The position numbers and the translations under genes were made by a program. DNA of 64,000 nt from an uncultured Desulfuromonas sp. GTDB taxonomy: Bacteria; Desulfobacterota; Desulfuromonadia; Desulfuromonadales; Desulfuromonadaceae. Where the stretch lies: the NCBI GenBank assembly GCA_964411865.1, contig CAYPNO010000001.1, forward strand, positions 13,197 to 77,196, given 5' to 3'. Each line of letters opens with the position of its first letter. Position 1 is the first letter of the stretch. Shown piece by piece: positions 10,501 through 20,886 of this stretch. The notes beneath the pieces were generated by a model. It was not told where the DNA came from and did not search any database. It saw only the letters and a program-made list of their open reading frames with translations.

Positions 10501-10680
10501 GAATTAGCTCAGCGCATCCGCAGTGATAGCAACACAGCCTCCCTGCCAGTTATTGCGGTCAGTTCTCTGGCGGGCGAAGAGGATCGTGAGCGTGGCAAAG
10601 CGGCAGGAGTGGATGAATATCAGGTTAAGCTGGACCGAGATTCTTTGGTCGACTCTATTCACCGCTTATTGGCTAAATAG
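7537..10680 (+). CDS. cheA: Chemotaxis histidine kinase CheA fused to a second CheW-like domain and a C-terminal receiver
   Basis: Hpt (FRAAHSIKGGSG), a Pro-rich linker, dimerisation and HATPase regions (DPLTHMVRNAVDHG, DDGRGID, GRGVGMDVV). Two CheW-like segments follow, then a REC domain (LLLAEDSDF...VVTDIEMPRLNG). Confidence 0.95.
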   Translation: MDDELLQDFITEANEHLSDIETDLLTIEVNGENVNLELVNKVFRAAHSIKGGSGFFGLENVKELAHKAETVLDMLRAEKMFSNAEVTNVLLSAFDQLRDMINNPGESEEADISELVIALNGLASSYLPAEQKESLTSKAVLTSAKTTAETILPQVDVDRSKRTGQYIYRVKYDLIHDIEKQGITVLKLFNSLCEKGEILDSGLDFDAVGSLDDEIGNQLPFLLIYAVNLPPKQAAELLLVDVERIEQLSTLPTSPKTATEGAHALAPMAPEPQPNVTTSPQPAKPKIAPASTKPEPPPVKSKAAVEETLRISVTLLENLMTLAGELVLGRNQLHAAITKNNPQALAVADQHLNHVTSELQDAIMQTRLQPIGNVFSKFTRVVRDMAKALEKEIQIDIRGKDVELDRSLIEGLSDPLTHMVRNAVDHGLETPDARLQCGKKPGGTLIIDARHEAGKVVVEISDDGRGIDPEKIAQSALTKGLISTEKLQAMNAQDKLALIFMPGLSTVAKVSEFSGRGVGMDVVKTNLNQLGGQVEISSEVGKGTCFQIKLPLTLAIIPSLIISLENERFAIPQINVEELLRIRAEDIKRRIEIVGGVEVLLLRDKTLPLVRFDQLLGIVPTYQDPATGKQEIDRRTTLADRRSPNHPFMPEEQQNNQTSEQPRSDGRRKRPHSAMEIAVINTGSQSYGLVVGGFHDTEEIVVKPLGRYLRGLTEYAGATILGDGTVALIIDAMGLADKAKLSLVSGSQRALEISEEAERERLKDRHSLLLFQNARDENCAISLDNVLRIERITSSQVEMQGNSRTMQYRGASLPLVTLADTAQMKPLGDDQDLVVLVSQVNNREVGLLGALPVDVVESSNIIDTSTHRQTGVIGSTIIQGTTILIADIYELVTEVYPKWGAAKTVPTLATETQSIPDSSSPAPSQATTLLLAEDSDFFRNQVQRYLEEAGYHVLAASDGQAAWEMLLENIEQVSLVVTDIEMPRLNGLELAQRIRSDSNTASLPVIAVSSLAGEEDRERGKAAGVDEYQVKLDRDSLVDSIHRLLAK

Positions 10681-10727
10681 GCTAAGCCCATAGATAGCAC
10701 ACAAATCGACACACAGGAGAAGTCGAT

Positions 10728-12875
10728 ATGAAGATAAGAGATAAATTCATGTTACCAGTCGTTGGCGCAATGGTATTTTTTGCCCTTGAGGGAACCTTTG
10801 CGCTGTTCTCTTCGGTAACTACTTTAGTTGCAACTCAAAAAGACCAAGCCTCCTCTTTTGCAGATAATATGTTCCTGGATTCCCTGCTTACAGAAGCAAA
10901 CAATATTCAAGAAAATATTGAGCGCATCGCGAATAAAGGCCTTATCGAAGCTGTCATCTTTTCATCCCTGCCTGCAGTTCAGGAAGCCTATCAGCTCGCC
11001 TTGACCGGAGATATTGACAATGAAACTGACCCTATAGTGCAACAGGCGCGGGAAAATCTACGTCGTGACATATATTCAGCGATTGATAACTTTAAAAAAC
11101 ACATAGGTGCGGACGAACTTCGTCTCCACTTTCACCTGCCAAACAATCGCAGTTTCCTGCGTACTTGGCGTGACGGCTGGCAGGCCATACGTAATGGTCA
11201 AAAGGTTGACATCTCAGATGATTTGAGTTCTTTCCGCAAAACCTTATCCACCGTCAACCAGATGAGTCGTCAACCTGTACAGGGGATTGAGGTAGGGCGA
11301 GGAGGTTTCGTCATCCGGGGTATAACCCCTATCACCAGCATTACCGGCCAGCATCTCGGATCCTGCGAAGTTTATTACTCCTTTGATTCCGTATTTAAAT
11401 TTGCCATTCCAGCAGGGGAGAAACATCTTAATCTTGCTGCCTACATGGACAAATCGATGCTCTCAATAGCAACGACTCTACAAGATCCACAGAAATATCC
11501 TCTGCTCGACAATAAGTACGTTTTAACTGCTGCCAGTGACCCTCAACTCGCACAAAAAATAGTTACTGCAGAAATTCTGGATGCAGGTCGAGTTAAGCTG
11601 CATCAACAAGCTGTTGCCAATCAGCTTATTACGATCTTTCCTATCAAGGATTTTTCGGGGGAAACAGCCGGAGTTTTTGTTCTAAGCCATACAACTAATG
11701 AAATTGAAGCGTTAAAGAATGGGATGATAGCTTCGGCACAATCAAACCTTGCTACCATTAAAGTCAGTATGGTTGTCGGGGTTATGGTGGTAGTGGCAAT
11801 CATCTGTGTAATTATCTATATGCTTGCACGAGCACTAATCACGCGCCCGATTCAAAAGACGGTGGAATTATTAACTGTCATCAGCGCGGGAGATCTATCG
11901 CAGGATGTAGAACCGGAAATGCTCAAACGTAAAGACGAAATTGGATCCATGATGCAGGCGCTGCAGGCCATGGTTATAAACTTGCGTGAGCTACTCGGAG
12001 GGCTGGCTGACGGCGTAACTACGTTGGTAAGCTCTTCCGGTGAACTTACTGGGGTATCGACCCAGACCGCTGCGGGCGTTGAGAGTATGGCCGAACGCAG
12101 TAACACCTTGGCTGCGGCGGCTGAAGAAGCCAGTAGCAATACCGCTTCAGTTGCAACGGGGATGGATCATACCACCCACAGTCTTTCTTCGGTCGCCAGT
12201 GCTACCGAGGAAATGAGCGCTACCGTTGGAGAGATCGCCTCGAACTCAGAAAAAGCCAGGGATATCAGTGAGCAGGCCATGAACCAAACCCAGATTGTCA
12301 CTGGAACCATGCAAAGTCTGGGTGAGGCTGCACAGGAAATCGACAAGGTGACTGAAACGATCACCGAAATCTCTTCCCAGACCAACCTGCTGGCTCTCAA
12401 CGCTACAATTGAAGCGGCACGCGCTGGCACTGCAGGTAAAGGCTTTGCCGTAGTTGCTGGAGAAATTAAAGAGTTGGCGCGACAGACAGCAGAGGCGACC
12501 GAGGATATCAAAAGACGGATTTCAGGGATTCAGACCTCTACCGGCAGCGCCATAAGTGACATCGCGCAAATTACCCAAGTGATTCAGGAGGTTGGCAATT
12601 TAGTCAATAGCATTGCCGCTGGTATAGAAGAACAATCGGTGGTGACTCGCGACGTTGCAGGGAATATTGCCCAAGCCTCAGCAGAAGTGAATGATGCTAA
12701 CGATCAATTGGCACAAACAGCGAGTGTCTCGCAGGCTATTGCTAAAGATGTTGCTGCGGTCAATCTCACCGTAGATGAAATCCGTCAGGGCAATGACCAA
12801 GTGCGGGTTAGTGCATCGCAACTATCTGAATTGGCGCAACAACTTGATGAAATGATTGAAAAATTCAAACTATAG
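10728..12875 (+). CDS. Methyl-accepting chemotaxis protein with Cache-type periplasmic sensor
   Basis: 715 aa: TM, periplasmic domain ([16 protein letters not shown]...[13 protein letters not shown]), TM, HAMP, then MCP signalling domain ([16 protein letters not shown]). Confidence 0.93.
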   Translation: MKIRDKFMLPVVGAMVFFALEGTFALFSSVTTLVATQKDQASSFADNMFLDSLLTEANNIQENIERIANKGLIEAVIFSSLPAVQEAYQLALTGDIDNETDPIVQQARENLRRDIYSAIDNFKKHIGADELRLHFHLPNNRSFLRTWRDGWQAIRNGQKVDISDDLSSFRKTLSTVNQMSRQPVQGIEVGRGGFVIRGITPITSITGQHLGSCEVYYSFDSVFKFAIPAGEKHLNLAAYMDKSMLSIATTLQDPQKYPLLDNKYVLTAASDPQLAQKIVTAEILDAGRVKLHQQAVANQLITIFPIKDFSGETAGVFVLSHTTNEIEALKNGMIASAQSNLATIKVSMVVGVMVVVAIICVIIYMLARALITRPIQKTVELLTVISAGDLSQDVEPEMLKRKDEIGSMMQALQAMVINLRELLGGLADGVTTLVSSSGELTGVSTQTAAGVESMAERSNTLAAAAEEASSNTASVATGMDHTTHSLSSVASATEEMSATVGEIASNSEKARDISEQAMNQTQIVTGTMQSLGEAAQEIDKVTETITEISSQTNLLALNATIEAARAGTAGKGFAVVAGEIKELARQTAEATEDIKRRISGIQTSTGSAISDIAQITQVIQEVGNLVNSIAAGIEEQSVVTRDVAGNIAQASAEVNDANDQLAQTASVSQAIAKDVAAVNLTVDEIRQGNDQVRVSASQLSELAQQLDEMIEKFKL
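11868..12795. repeat. Direct repeat copy A (928 bp) inside MCP 10728-12875
   Basis: Identical to 14157-15084 at offset 2289 wherever I compared lines, and the encoded protein stretch [10 protein letters not shown]...VDEIRQGN is identical. Near-identity with a few mismatches extends about 27 bp upstream. Confidence 0.9.
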
Positions 12876-12971
12876 CTCGAAACACAACTTTACCTTTGTA
12901 CAATATTTGGGGAAATATAACTTTCTTGGGTACGCCCCAAAAACACTTCTAAACGAAAGCGTGCAGAAATC

Positions 12972-15173
12972 ATGACTATTGGTAAAAAATTGATTTTTTA
13001 TGGTGTTCTCGGCTCTACCGTTCCCCTGCTTCTATTTGGTATTATTGCTGTGTGGCAAGGGGGCAAAACATTTAATGAGGCTGAAAAAGCAACCAGAAAG
13101 CAAGCTTATATCAATCTCGAAAGCATCACCAAAGGCACAAACGCCATGCTCATTGCACAACACGAGGTGCTTGAGAGAAAAGTTGCCACTGATTTGAATG
13201 TAGCAGCAAATGAAGTAAAGGCAGCTGGTGGTGTACATTTGACCGATACTAAATACCGGTGGAATGCACGCAATCAATATACAGGCGCAGAGCAGGCGTT
13301 AGAGCTACCGCAAATGTTAGTTGGTACCGCAGCGGTGACTTCTAACGCTGACCCTAGAGTGCAGTCACCTATTGTTGATAAAGTCAGAGACCTTGTAGGT
13401 GGTACCTGCACGATCTTTCAGCGTATGAATGCCGCAGGTTCAATGTTGCGCGTGGCAACAAATGTAGAAACGAAACAGGGTACGCGCGCCATAAACACCT
13501 TTATTCCCGCAATTAATCCCGATGGAAATCCTAATCCAGTGCTCCAAAAAGTTCTGCGGGGAGAACGCTATATTGGTAGAGCGTTTGTCGTAAACGCGTG
13601 GTATATCACCGCCTATGAACCAATCAAAGATATTACTGGAAACATCGTTGGCATGCTCTATGTAGGGATTCCGCAAGAAAGCGCAACCTCTCTGCGCGAA
13701 CAAATCATGCAGGTGGGTGTTGGAGAGACCGGTTACGTTTACGTGTTAAATTCCAGCGGTGCCTATGTAATTTCTAAACAAGGCAAGCGCGATGGCGAAG
13801 TTATATGGGATGCAAAAGACCATGAAGGCAAGAATTTCATTCAAGACATGGTTAAAGCCGCGCAAAACTTACAGCCAGGTGAAGTTGGTGAATCTTCTTA
13901 TATATGGAAAAACCCTGGAGAATCAGCGCCCCGCTTAAAAAGCACAAAGTTCATGTATTTTGAACCGTGGGACTGGATTATTGCTGTGGGAAGTTATGAA
14001 AACGAACTACTGTCCGACACTAATATGATCAGAGCGGTGAATAATAAAGGGAACGTAATCATGGCTGGCGTATTTATTTTATGCCTTATTGCATGTGCCC
14101 TGTTGTGGTTCTTCATTTCTAAAGGACTCACGCGCCCTATTCAAAAAACGATGGACTTATTAACTGTCATCAGCGCGGGAGATCTATCGCAGGATGTAGA
14201 ACCGGAAATGCTCAAACGTAAAGACGAAATTGGATCCATGATGCAGGCGCTGCAGGCCATGGTTATAAACTTGCGTGAGCTACTCGGAGGGCTGGCTGAC
14301 GGCGTAACTACGTTGGTAAGCTCTTCCGGTGAACTTACTGGGGTATCGACCCAGACCGCTGCGGGCGTTGAGAGTATGGCCGAACGCAGTAACACCTTGG
14401 CTGCGGCGGCTGAAGAAGCCAGTAGCAATACCGCTTCAGTTGCAACGGGGATGGATCATACCACCCACAGTCTTTCTTCGGTCGCCAGTGCTACCGAGGA
14501 AATGAGCGCTACCGTTGGAGAGATCGCCTCGAACTCAGAAAAAGCCAGGGATATCAGTGAGCAGGCCATGAACCAAACCCAGATTGTCACTGGAACCATG
14601 CAAAGTCTGGGTGAGGCTGCACAGGAAATCGACAAGGTGACTGAAACGATCACCGAAATCTCTTCCCAGACCAACCTGCTGGCTCTCAACGCTACAATTG
14701 AAGCGGCACGCGCTGGCACTGCAGGTAAAGGCTTTGCCGTAGTTGCTGGAGAAATTAAAGAGTTGGCGCGACAGACAGCAGAGGCGACCGAGGATATCAA
14801 AAGACGGATTTCAGGGATTCAGACCTCTACCGGCAGCGCCATAAGTGACATCGCGCAAATTACCCAAGTGATTCAGGAGGTTGGCAATTTAGTCAATAGC
14901 ATTGCCGCTGGTATAGAAGAACAATCGGTGGTGACTCGCGACGTTGCAGGGAATATTGCCCAAGCCTCAGCAGAAGTGAATGATGCTAACGATCAATTGG
15001 CACAAACAGCGAGTGTCTCGCAGGCTATTGCTAAAGATGTTGCTGCGGTCAATCTCACCGTAGATGAAATCCGTCAGGGCAATGGCCAACTTCAAAACAG
15101 TACCACAGAACTGTCCGCTCTTGCAGAGCGACTCAGCCTTATGATTAAGAAATTCAAAGTCAGCAACAGCTAA
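12972..15173 (+). CDS. Methyl-accepting chemotaxis protein with double-Cache-like (Cache_3-Cache_2 type) sensor
   Basis: 733 aa with a periplasmic domain ([11 protein letters not shown]...[32 protein letters not shown]). HAMP and signalling module are identical to the upstream MCP. Confidence 0.93.
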   Translation: MTIGKKLIFYGVLGSTVPLLLFGIIAVWQGGKTFNEAEKATRKQAYINLESITKGTNAMLIAQHEVLERKVATDLNVAANEVKAAGGVHLTDTKYRWNARNQYTGAEQALELPQMLVGTAAVTSNADPRVQSPIVDKVRDLVGGTCTIFQRMNAAGSMLRVATNVETKQGTRAINTFIPAINPDGNPNPVLQKVLRGERYIGRAFVVNAWYITAYEPIKDITGNIVGMLYVGIPQESATSLREQIMQVGVGETGYVYVLNSSGAYVISKQGKRDGEVIWDAKDHEGKNFIQDMVKAAQNLQPGEVGESSYIWKNPGESAPRLKSTKFMYFEPWDWIIAVGSYENELLSDTNMIRAVNNKGNVIMAGVFILCLIACALLWFFISKGLTRPIQKTMDLLTVISAGDLSQDVEPEMLKRKDEIGSMMQALQAMVINLRELLGGLADGVTTLVSSSGELTGVSTQTAAGVESMAERSNTLAAAAEEASSNTASVATGMDHTTHSLSSVASATEEMSATVGEIASNSEKARDISEQAMNQTQIVTGTMQSLGEAAQEIDKVTETITEISSQTNLLALNATIEAARAGTAGKGFAVVAGEIKELARQTAEATEDIKRRISGIQTSTGSAISDIAQITQVIQEVGNLVNSIAAGIEEQSVVTRDVAGNIAQASAEVNDANDQLAQTASVSQAIAKDVAAVNLTVDEIRQGNGQLQNSTTELSALAERLSLMIKKFKVSNS
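14157..15084. repeat. Direct repeat copy B (928 bp) inside MCP 12972-15173
   Basis: See copy A. The first mismatch after the tract is A/G at 12796/15085, and the last roughly 26 codons diverge. Confidence 0.9.
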
Positions 15174-15216
15174 TTTTTCAGAAAAGAAGACCGCTCTAAA
15201 GCGGAAAAGGTAGGCT

Positions 15217-16800
15217 ATGAAAATAAGCTCGATTCTCAACGGAATAGCTGTTGCTCTATTATCATTAGCAATAACTAGCTGTGTATTTGTCTACATTCAG
15301 CTTGGCAATATGTCAACGGATGGTCGAGTAGTTAATTTCTCCGGTATTGTGCGTGGAGGGACCCAGCGTCTGGTCAAACTTGAACTTTCAGAACAACCGA
15401 ATGACGCATTAATGCAAAAGATAGAACAGATCATCGTTGGGCTGACACAGGGCAGTGATGAACTCAATCTGCCTGCTGCTGCGGATGCTAATTATATAAC
15501 CAGTATGCAAAATATTTACAAATCCTGGCTAGGTCTGAAGAAAACAATTCACGGAGTGCGTAGTGAGAGCATAAACAAAACAACCCTGGTCAAAGAAAGT
15601 GAAGCTTTTTTCGACCTCACCAACCAGGCTGTTTCGGCGGCAGAAGAGTTCTCCCGCAAGAAGGTAGGTACAACCAAAAGCTTGCTCCTACTATTTTCAG
15701 GTCTCAATCTAGTAGTTATTGGTGGCATTATTCTGATCAGTCGCAATCGGATAGCACTCCCCCTGCATGAACTGCTTCGCTTCGCAACCACGGTATCAAA
15801 AGGTGATCTAGCTCACGATGTGCCCACCAAACTACAAAACAGAACTGATGAAATAGGGTGTCTGACCCGGACTTTACAGATCATGGTACAAAACCTTCGC
15901 GAACTATTGGGAGAGCTAGCTAATGGCGTAACCACACTGGTCAGCTCTTCTGGTCAACTGACCAGAGTCACAACAATGACTGCTGTCGGGGTTAAAAACA
16001 TGGCTGATCAGGGACAAAGTGTAGCAGCGGCAGCGGAAGAGGCTAGCTGTAATACTTCGGCGGTAGCTGCGGGGATTGACCAAACCACCCAAAGCCTCTC
16101 TTCTATTGCCAGTGCCACCGAAGAGATGAGTGCGACCGTTGGAGAAATTGCCGCGAACTCCGACAAAGCCCAGACTATAAGTGAAAAGGTGATGAACCAG
16201 ACTCAGTCGGTAACATTAACGATGCAAAGTCTGGGTGATGCAGCACAAGAGATTAATAAAGTAACTGAGGCAATTACCGATATCTCCTCGCAGACCAATC
16301 TACTGGCTCTCAATGCAACAATTGAGGCAGCACGCGCAGGATCCGCAGGCAAAGGGTTTGCCGTGGTCGCTGGAGAAATTAAAGAGCTGGCCAAACAAAC
16401 AGCGGCAGCGACGGAAGATATTAAACAAAAAATTTCTGGCATTCAATCTTCCACCGGCAGCGCCATAAGTGACATTGACCAAATTATTCAAGTGATCAGA
16501 GAGGTTGGCGTATTAGTAAATAATATTGCCGCAGCAACAGAAGAACAGTTAGTTGTGACCAGAGATGTCGCCGGAAACATTGCCCATGCCTCGGCTGAAG
16601 TTAACGATGCTAACGATCAATTAGCACAGACTGCTATTGTTTCTCGGGCAATCGCTGAAGATGCCGCCAGATTCAATACTGGGGTCGATGAAGTTCATCT
16701 GGGGAATAACCAGGTTCAAGCCAGCGCTGCTGAGTTGTCCGCATTGGGGGACCAACTAAGCATTATCATCAAGAAATTTAAGCTTGAGTTGCAAAGATAA
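15217..16800 (+). CDS. Methyl-accepting chemotaxis protein with PilJ/NarX-type four-helix N-terminal sensor
   Basis: 527 aa. N-terminal [19 protein letters not shown] resembles the P-box of the PilJ/NarX sensor domain. HAMP plus an MCP signalling domain that is related to, but clearly diverged from, the two upstream MCPs. Confidence 0.88.
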   Translation: MKISSILNGIAVALLSLAITSCVFVYIQLGNMSTDGRVVNFSGIVRGGTQRLVKLELSEQPNDALMQKIEQIIVGLTQGSDELNLPAAADANYITSMQNIYKSWLGLKKTIHGVRSESINKTTLVKESEAFFDLTNQAVSAAEEFSRKKVGTTKSLLLLFSGLNLVVIGGIILISRNRIALPLHELLRFATTVSKGDLAHDVPTKLQNRTDEIGCLTRTLQIMVQNLRELLGELANGVTTLVSSSGQLTRVTTMTAVGVKNMADQGQSVAAAAEEASCNTSAVAAGIDQTTQSLSSIASATEEMSATVGEIAANSDKAQTISEKVMNQTQSVTLTMQSLGDAAQEINKVTEAITDISSQTNLLALNATIEAARAGSAGKGFAVVAGEIKELAKQTAAATEDIKQKISGIQSSTGSAISDIDQIIQVIREVGVLVNNIAAATEEQLVVTRDVAGNIAHASAEVNDANDQLAQTAIVSRAIAEDAARFNTGVDEVHLGNNQVQASAAELSALGDQLSIIIKKFKLELQR

Positions 16801-16810
16801 AACTCTGTCA

Positions 16811-17287
16811 ATGAGGTCGCAAGAAATGGATGAGCAGTTAGAAGTACATGGTCAGAACCTCTTACTCGTTACTTTCTCACTCGGCGAGGGGGTCTTTGGT
16901 ATCAACGCTGACTTAGTCCAGGAAGTGGTCAAGGTCAGCGCTCTGACTCCGGTTCACCATGCTCCAGAATATGTCTTGGGTATACGCAATTTACGTGGTC
17001 GGGTGGTAACTGTTTTAGATCTGCGCTCGCGTCTTGACCTGGGAACATCACCTAGTGCGCCAGAAAACCGAGTGCTTATCATTGATTGGCACGGAGAACC
17101 GATTGGTCTGTTAGTTGACAGAATTGCTGACACTATATCACTGGCAGCAGATGCAATAGAAGACCCTCCACACAATTTGCACAGTGTGCAGCAAGCTAGT
17201 CTGCGCGGAGTAACTCGACAGGGAGAGCGTCTTGTGGCAATTCTTGACATTAATACCGTGTTACAGGTGAGTGAACAGAGTGAGTAA
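16811..17287 (+). CDS. cheW: Chemotaxis coupling protein CheW
   Basis: LLVTFSLGEGVFGINADLVQEV...IRNLRGRVVTVLDLR is typical of CheW. The start is uncertain: ATG 16811, or ATG 16826 which has GAGG upstream. Confidence 0.9.
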   Translation: MRSQEMDEQLEVHGQNLLLVTFSLGEGVFGINADLVQEVVKVSALTPVHHAPEYVLGIRNLRGRVVTVLDLRSRLDLGTSPSAPENRVLIIDWHGEPIGLLVDRIADTISLAADAIEDPPHNLHSVQQASLRGVTRQGERLVAILDINTVLQVSEQSE

Positions 17288-17350
17288 TGATTGTCTGAAC
17301 TATTCCCCTGACAATTTTGTCAGAACAAACCGTTTATTGCTGAGGGATAT

Positions 17351-18469
17351 ATGACCTTACGCGTTTTAATTGCTGATGACTCGATTCTGTTCCGCCGGGT
17401 GCTAACGGAGGTGTTATCATCATTACCCGGTGTCGAAGTAGTTGGTACTGCAGCAAACGGTAGAATAGCCTTAAGAAAACTTCGCGAACTAAAGCCAGAC
17501 CTGCTTACTTTGGATATGGAGATGCCGGAATTAGATGGTCTCGGAGTTTTGGATGCATTGGCACAACAGCCGGAAAAGGTTGCTGTCATTGTAGTCAGTG
17601 CCCTGACCCGACAGGGGGGGGAATTGACCATGAAGGCACTGGAAAAAGGAGCCTTTGATTTCATCACCAAGCCTGAAGGTACCTCTACTGAGCAGAATCT
17701 TGAGCAAATAAAAAAAGCCCTAGGATCACGCCTGAAAGCGCTAGCGAGCCGACTGGATATCCGCGACATTCTGCAACGGCAGTCACCTGAAAACAGGGTA
17801 TCTATCCAGCCAGCCAGCCCAGTAATAACATCTCCTCTGGCGAATAATGTCAGCGAACGGATGCAAAGGCTCTCTGGCAACAAAAAACCAGAATTAATAT
17901 TGATTGGAGTTTCAACTGGTGGCCCTGCCGCGCTTGTAGAATTACTTCCACGGTTACCTGCAAATCTTGGAGCGTCAATCCTGATTGTGCAACACATGCC
18001 CGCCATGTTTACCCGCTCGCTTGCTGAAAGCCTCGATAACCGTTGTGCCCTAAAGGTCAGAGAAGCGGTTGAAGATGAAGTAGTTTTAAAAAACCATGTC
18101 TACATTGCGCCGGGTGGAAAGCAGATGAAATTGATTGCTGGAGCAACAGGCGAGAAATTGATAAAAATAACTGATGACCCGCCGGAGAATAACTGTAAAC
18201 CAGCAGTTGACTATCTATTCCGTTCTGTTGCAAATAATTTTTTTGGCCAGGCTATGGCAGTAATTCTGACCGGCATGGGAAGTGATGGCACCAAGGGCTT
18301 ACAGCTACTTAGGCGACACAAATGTTACACTATTGCCCAAGAAGAAAAAAGCTGTGTGGTTTATGGAATGCCCAAAAGTGCCGTAGAAGCTGGTGCCGTT
18401 GATATTGTTCTCCCCCTTGAGCAGATAGCAGAACGGATTATTTATATATTGCGCGGTGGACTCTTATGA
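17351..18469 (+). CDS. cheB: Protein-glutamate methylesterase CheB (REC + methylesterase)
   Basis: RVLIADDS...LLTLDMEMPELDG receiver, then GVSTGGPAAL and a GMGSDG esterase core. RBS GAGGGA. Confidence 0.95.
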   Translation: MTLRVLIADDSILFRRVLTEVLSSLPGVEVVGTAANGRIALRKLRELKPDLLTLDMEMPELDGLGVLDALAQQPEKVAVIVVSALTRQGGELTMKALEKGAFDFITKPEGTSTEQNLEQIKKALGSRLKALASRLDIRDILQRQSPENRVSIQPASPVITSPLANNVSERMQRLSGNKKPELILIGVSTGGPAALVELLPRLPANLGASILIVQHMPAMFTRSLAESLDNRCALKVREAVEDEVVLKNHVYIAPGGKQMKLIAGATGEKLIKITDDPPENNCKPAVDYLFRSVANNFFGQAMAVILTGMGSDGTKGLQLLRRHKCYTIAQEEKSCVVYGMPKSAVEAGAVDIVLPLEQIAERIIYILRGGLL

Positions 18470-19308
18470 ATTTATCCATCACACCTCAAGAATTCACTGC
18501 TTGGAGTCAATATATCTATGAAATTTGTGGGATTCACCTGGATAGCAGCAAAGGCTATTTAATTGAAACCCGGCTCAGGGCACTTATGCGTGCGACTGAA
18601 GCTAAAAGCTTCACTGAACTTTTAAGTCAGACAAGAAGAGATTCTTCTAGGGTCTTACGACGCCAGGTGATCGAAGCGATGACCACCAACGAAACGTCCT
18701 TCTTTCGCGATACCGCTCCATTCGAACTATTACGTCACAAGCTGATTCCAGAACTCATTGATCGTCGTAAATCCAGCAGCTTTCGATCTACACCCATCAG
18801 AATATGGAGCTCTGCCTGCTCAACCGGACAAGAGGTCTACAGTACTGCGTTTGTCCTTAAAGATGTTCTCAGCGATCTGCACAATTACGATGTCCGGATT
18901 CTGGGTACAGATATCTCCGATAAAGTTGTCGCTCAGGCCAGTTACGGCTATTTCAGCCAGCTTGAGTTGGGACGGGGACTAACACCGGATAAAATCTCAC
19001 GCTATTTTGTTGCCGAAGGTGAGCGCTGGAAAGTGCGTGATGAAATTCGTGCCATGGCCAACTTTAAGACGATGAATTTACTGGAGCCTTTCTCTTTTCC
19101 AGTTCCATTTGACATTATTTTTTGCCGAAACGTCGCTATCTATTTTACGGAGAAGGACAAAATACGCCTGTTTCGCAGCCTTGGTCGCTTCCTAGCTAAG
19201 GATGGTGTGCTAATTATTGGCTCAACAGAATCGATCTCGGGGCTTTGCCCAGAATTCATCTCACATCGCTATCATCGGTCAGTATTTTACACTCAGGAAC
19301 AACGGTGA
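18466..19308 (+). CDS. cheR: Chemotaxis protein methyltransferase CheR
   Basis: TNETSFFRD and IWSSACSTGQEVYS SAM-MTase motifs. ATGA overlap with cheB. Confidence 0.95.
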   Translation: MNLSITPQEFTAWSQYIYEICGIHLDSSKGYLIETRLRALMRATEAKSFTELLSQTRRDSSRVLRRQVIEAMTTNETSFFRDTAPFELLRHKLIPELIDRRKSSSFRSTPIRIWSSACSTGQEVYSTAFVLKDVLSDLHNYDVRILGTDISDKVVAQASYGYFSQLELGRGLTPDKISRYFVAEGERWKVRDEIRAMANFKTMNLLEPFSFPVPFDIIFCRNVAIYFTEKDKIRLFRSLGRFLAKDGVLIIGSTESISGLCPEFISHRYHRSVFYTQEQR

Positions 19309-19315
19309 ACTGCAT

Positions 19316-20440
19316 ATGAGCCTGCCCACTGCGACTGCAAAAACATCCCTGATTCTAATCGTAGAAGATGAGCCAAGCACCAACCGGATGATTCAATTGG
19401 TGCTTGAGCGTGGCGGTTTTAATACCTGTAGCGTCTTTGATATCGCAGGCGCGATGCAGGCAATACAGAACCAACGCCCTGACCTGATTTTACTCGACAT
19501 CAGTCTGCCTGATGGTTGCGGTTTTGATGTCTGCCAAGAGTTGCAGAAAGAGACCGGCATGGCACGCATTCCAGTGCTGTTCATCTCTTCGCATGAGGAT
19601 GTTGCCACAAAAATTCTTGGCTTTGAAGTCGGTGGAGTTGACTATATTACCAAGCCCATAGCCGGTGCTGAAATCATTGCCAGAGTCAGCACGCACCTGC
19701 GCTTGCAGCGTGCCTACGATAAGCTGGCTGAATTGCAGGCAGAACGGATTCAGCGCCTAGCCGGGGCGCAGGAAGCATTGATGCCAAATCCTGAGGAAAT
19801 CCCACAGGCAGGTTTCAGTATTCACTTACGCCAGATTCTACAGGCAGGTGGTGATTTTTACGATGTTGTACCAATTAGCGATCAGGTCGTTGATTATATT
19901 GTAGCTGACGCCAGTGGACATGACCTGGCAGCATCTTTCTGGACGGCGTCGCTTAAAACCCTGATTGCGCAAAATGCCTACGCTTCTAATACTCCACGCG
20001 ATATTGTTCATGCTATTGACAATACCTTACGCCGCATACTTCCCGAAGGGGTGTTCTTTACTCTGATTTATGCCAGACTCAATCGCAACAAAAATACTTT
20101 GACCTTAGTTAACGCTGCCCATCCACCAGCAATCATTATCCCCGTGGATGGGCGCACACCCTATCCTATTCATCAGCAGGGAGACATCGTGGGAATGTTC
20201 GATGATGCCATTTTCGATAGTCAGGACTTGAAATTGCAAACTGGGGATCGGTTGCTACTTTATTCTGATGGCTTGATCGAACTGGAAGAAAGCCACGAAA
20301 CGGGCCTAATGAAATTACTGCATACAATAGCACAACTGAAATCGCTGTCTTCTCCCGAACTAATTGAACAAACAGTCGATCAGTTAACCCAAGGCTTACG
20401 AGTTGATGACGATATTGTGCTTATGGGGGTTGAAATATGA
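19316..20440 (+). CDS. Response regulator fused to PP2C/SpoIIE-family phosphatase (RsbU-like)
   Basis: REC (LIVEDEPS...LILLDISLPDGCG), then GGDFYDV, ADASGHD and LLLYSDGL PP2C motifs. Trimmed to the ATG at 19316, just after the cheR stop. Confidence 0.9.
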   Translation: MSLPTATAKTSLILIVEDEPSTNRMIQLVLERGGFNTCSVFDIAGAMQAIQNQRPDLILLDISLPDGCGFDVCQELQKETGMARIPVLFISSHEDVATKILGFEVGGVDYITKPIAGAEIIARVSTHLRLQRAYDKLAELQAERIQRLAGAQEALMPNPEEIPQAGFSIHLRQILQAGGDFYDVVPISDQVVDYIVADASGHDLAASFWTASLKTLIAQNAYASNTPRDIVHAIDNTLRRILPEGVFFTLIYARLNRNKNTLTLVNAAHPPAIIIPVDGRTPYPIHQQGDIVGMFDDAIFDSQDLKLQTGDRLLLYSDGLIELEESHETGLMKLLHTIAQLKSLSSPELIEQTVDQLTQGLRVDDDIVLMGVEI

Positions 20441-20886
20441 CGCAGTGCTCGAAGAAAGAGATTTTGCTGCAACTACCCTCAAGCCTGGTTGAAGTCGATA
20501 AAATCATCCCCGTTATTGCAGATTTTCTCGCTAATAATGGATTACAAAAACTCCATTTTGGTGTTGAACTTGTTGCCAGAGAACTACTTAACAACTCTAT
20601 TTTGCACGGCAATAAGCTGGATAAAAATAAACACGTGGAATTACGTTTAAGCCTTGGGAGACGTTGGATATGCCTTCTGGTAACAGATCAAGGAGAGGGG
20701 TTTAACTGGCAAAAGATTAACCATTTGCCTCCGGACTCTTCTGCAGAATCGGGCCGAGGCATGGCTATTGTCAGAGCTTACGGCCAGCGGATCCTCTTTG
20801 GGAATGGTGGGCGTGGTGTTAAAGTATATTTTGACCAGAATATTTCCACTGACGAACTGGCTCGAGATAATTCTGGTAGAGGTTGA
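20437..20886 (+). CDS. Anti-sigma regulatory factor, serine kinase (RsbW/SpoIIAB-like, HATPase_c_2)
   Basis: 149 aa with N-box ELLNNSILHG, VTDQGEGF and G-box GRGMAIV. ATGA overlap with the phosphatase gene. Confidence 0.82.
   Translation: MTQCSKKEILLQLPSSLVEVDKIIPVIADFLANNGLQKLHFGVELVARELLNNSILHGNKLDKNKHVELRLSLGRRWICLLVTDQGEGFNWQKINHLPPDSSAESGRGMAIVRAYGQRILFGNGGRGVKVYFDQNISTDELARDNSGRG

Noticed and set aside
7506-18006. Long antisense ORFs inside cheA, the MCPs and cheB (7506-8024, 8595-9248, 11852-12139, 12167-12511, 14141-14428, 14456-14800, 17320-18006)
   Set aside because: Each lies fully within a confidently identified plus-strand gene. Their products are Ser/Ala/Pro-rich shadows. The duplicated pairs simply reflect the MCP repeat.
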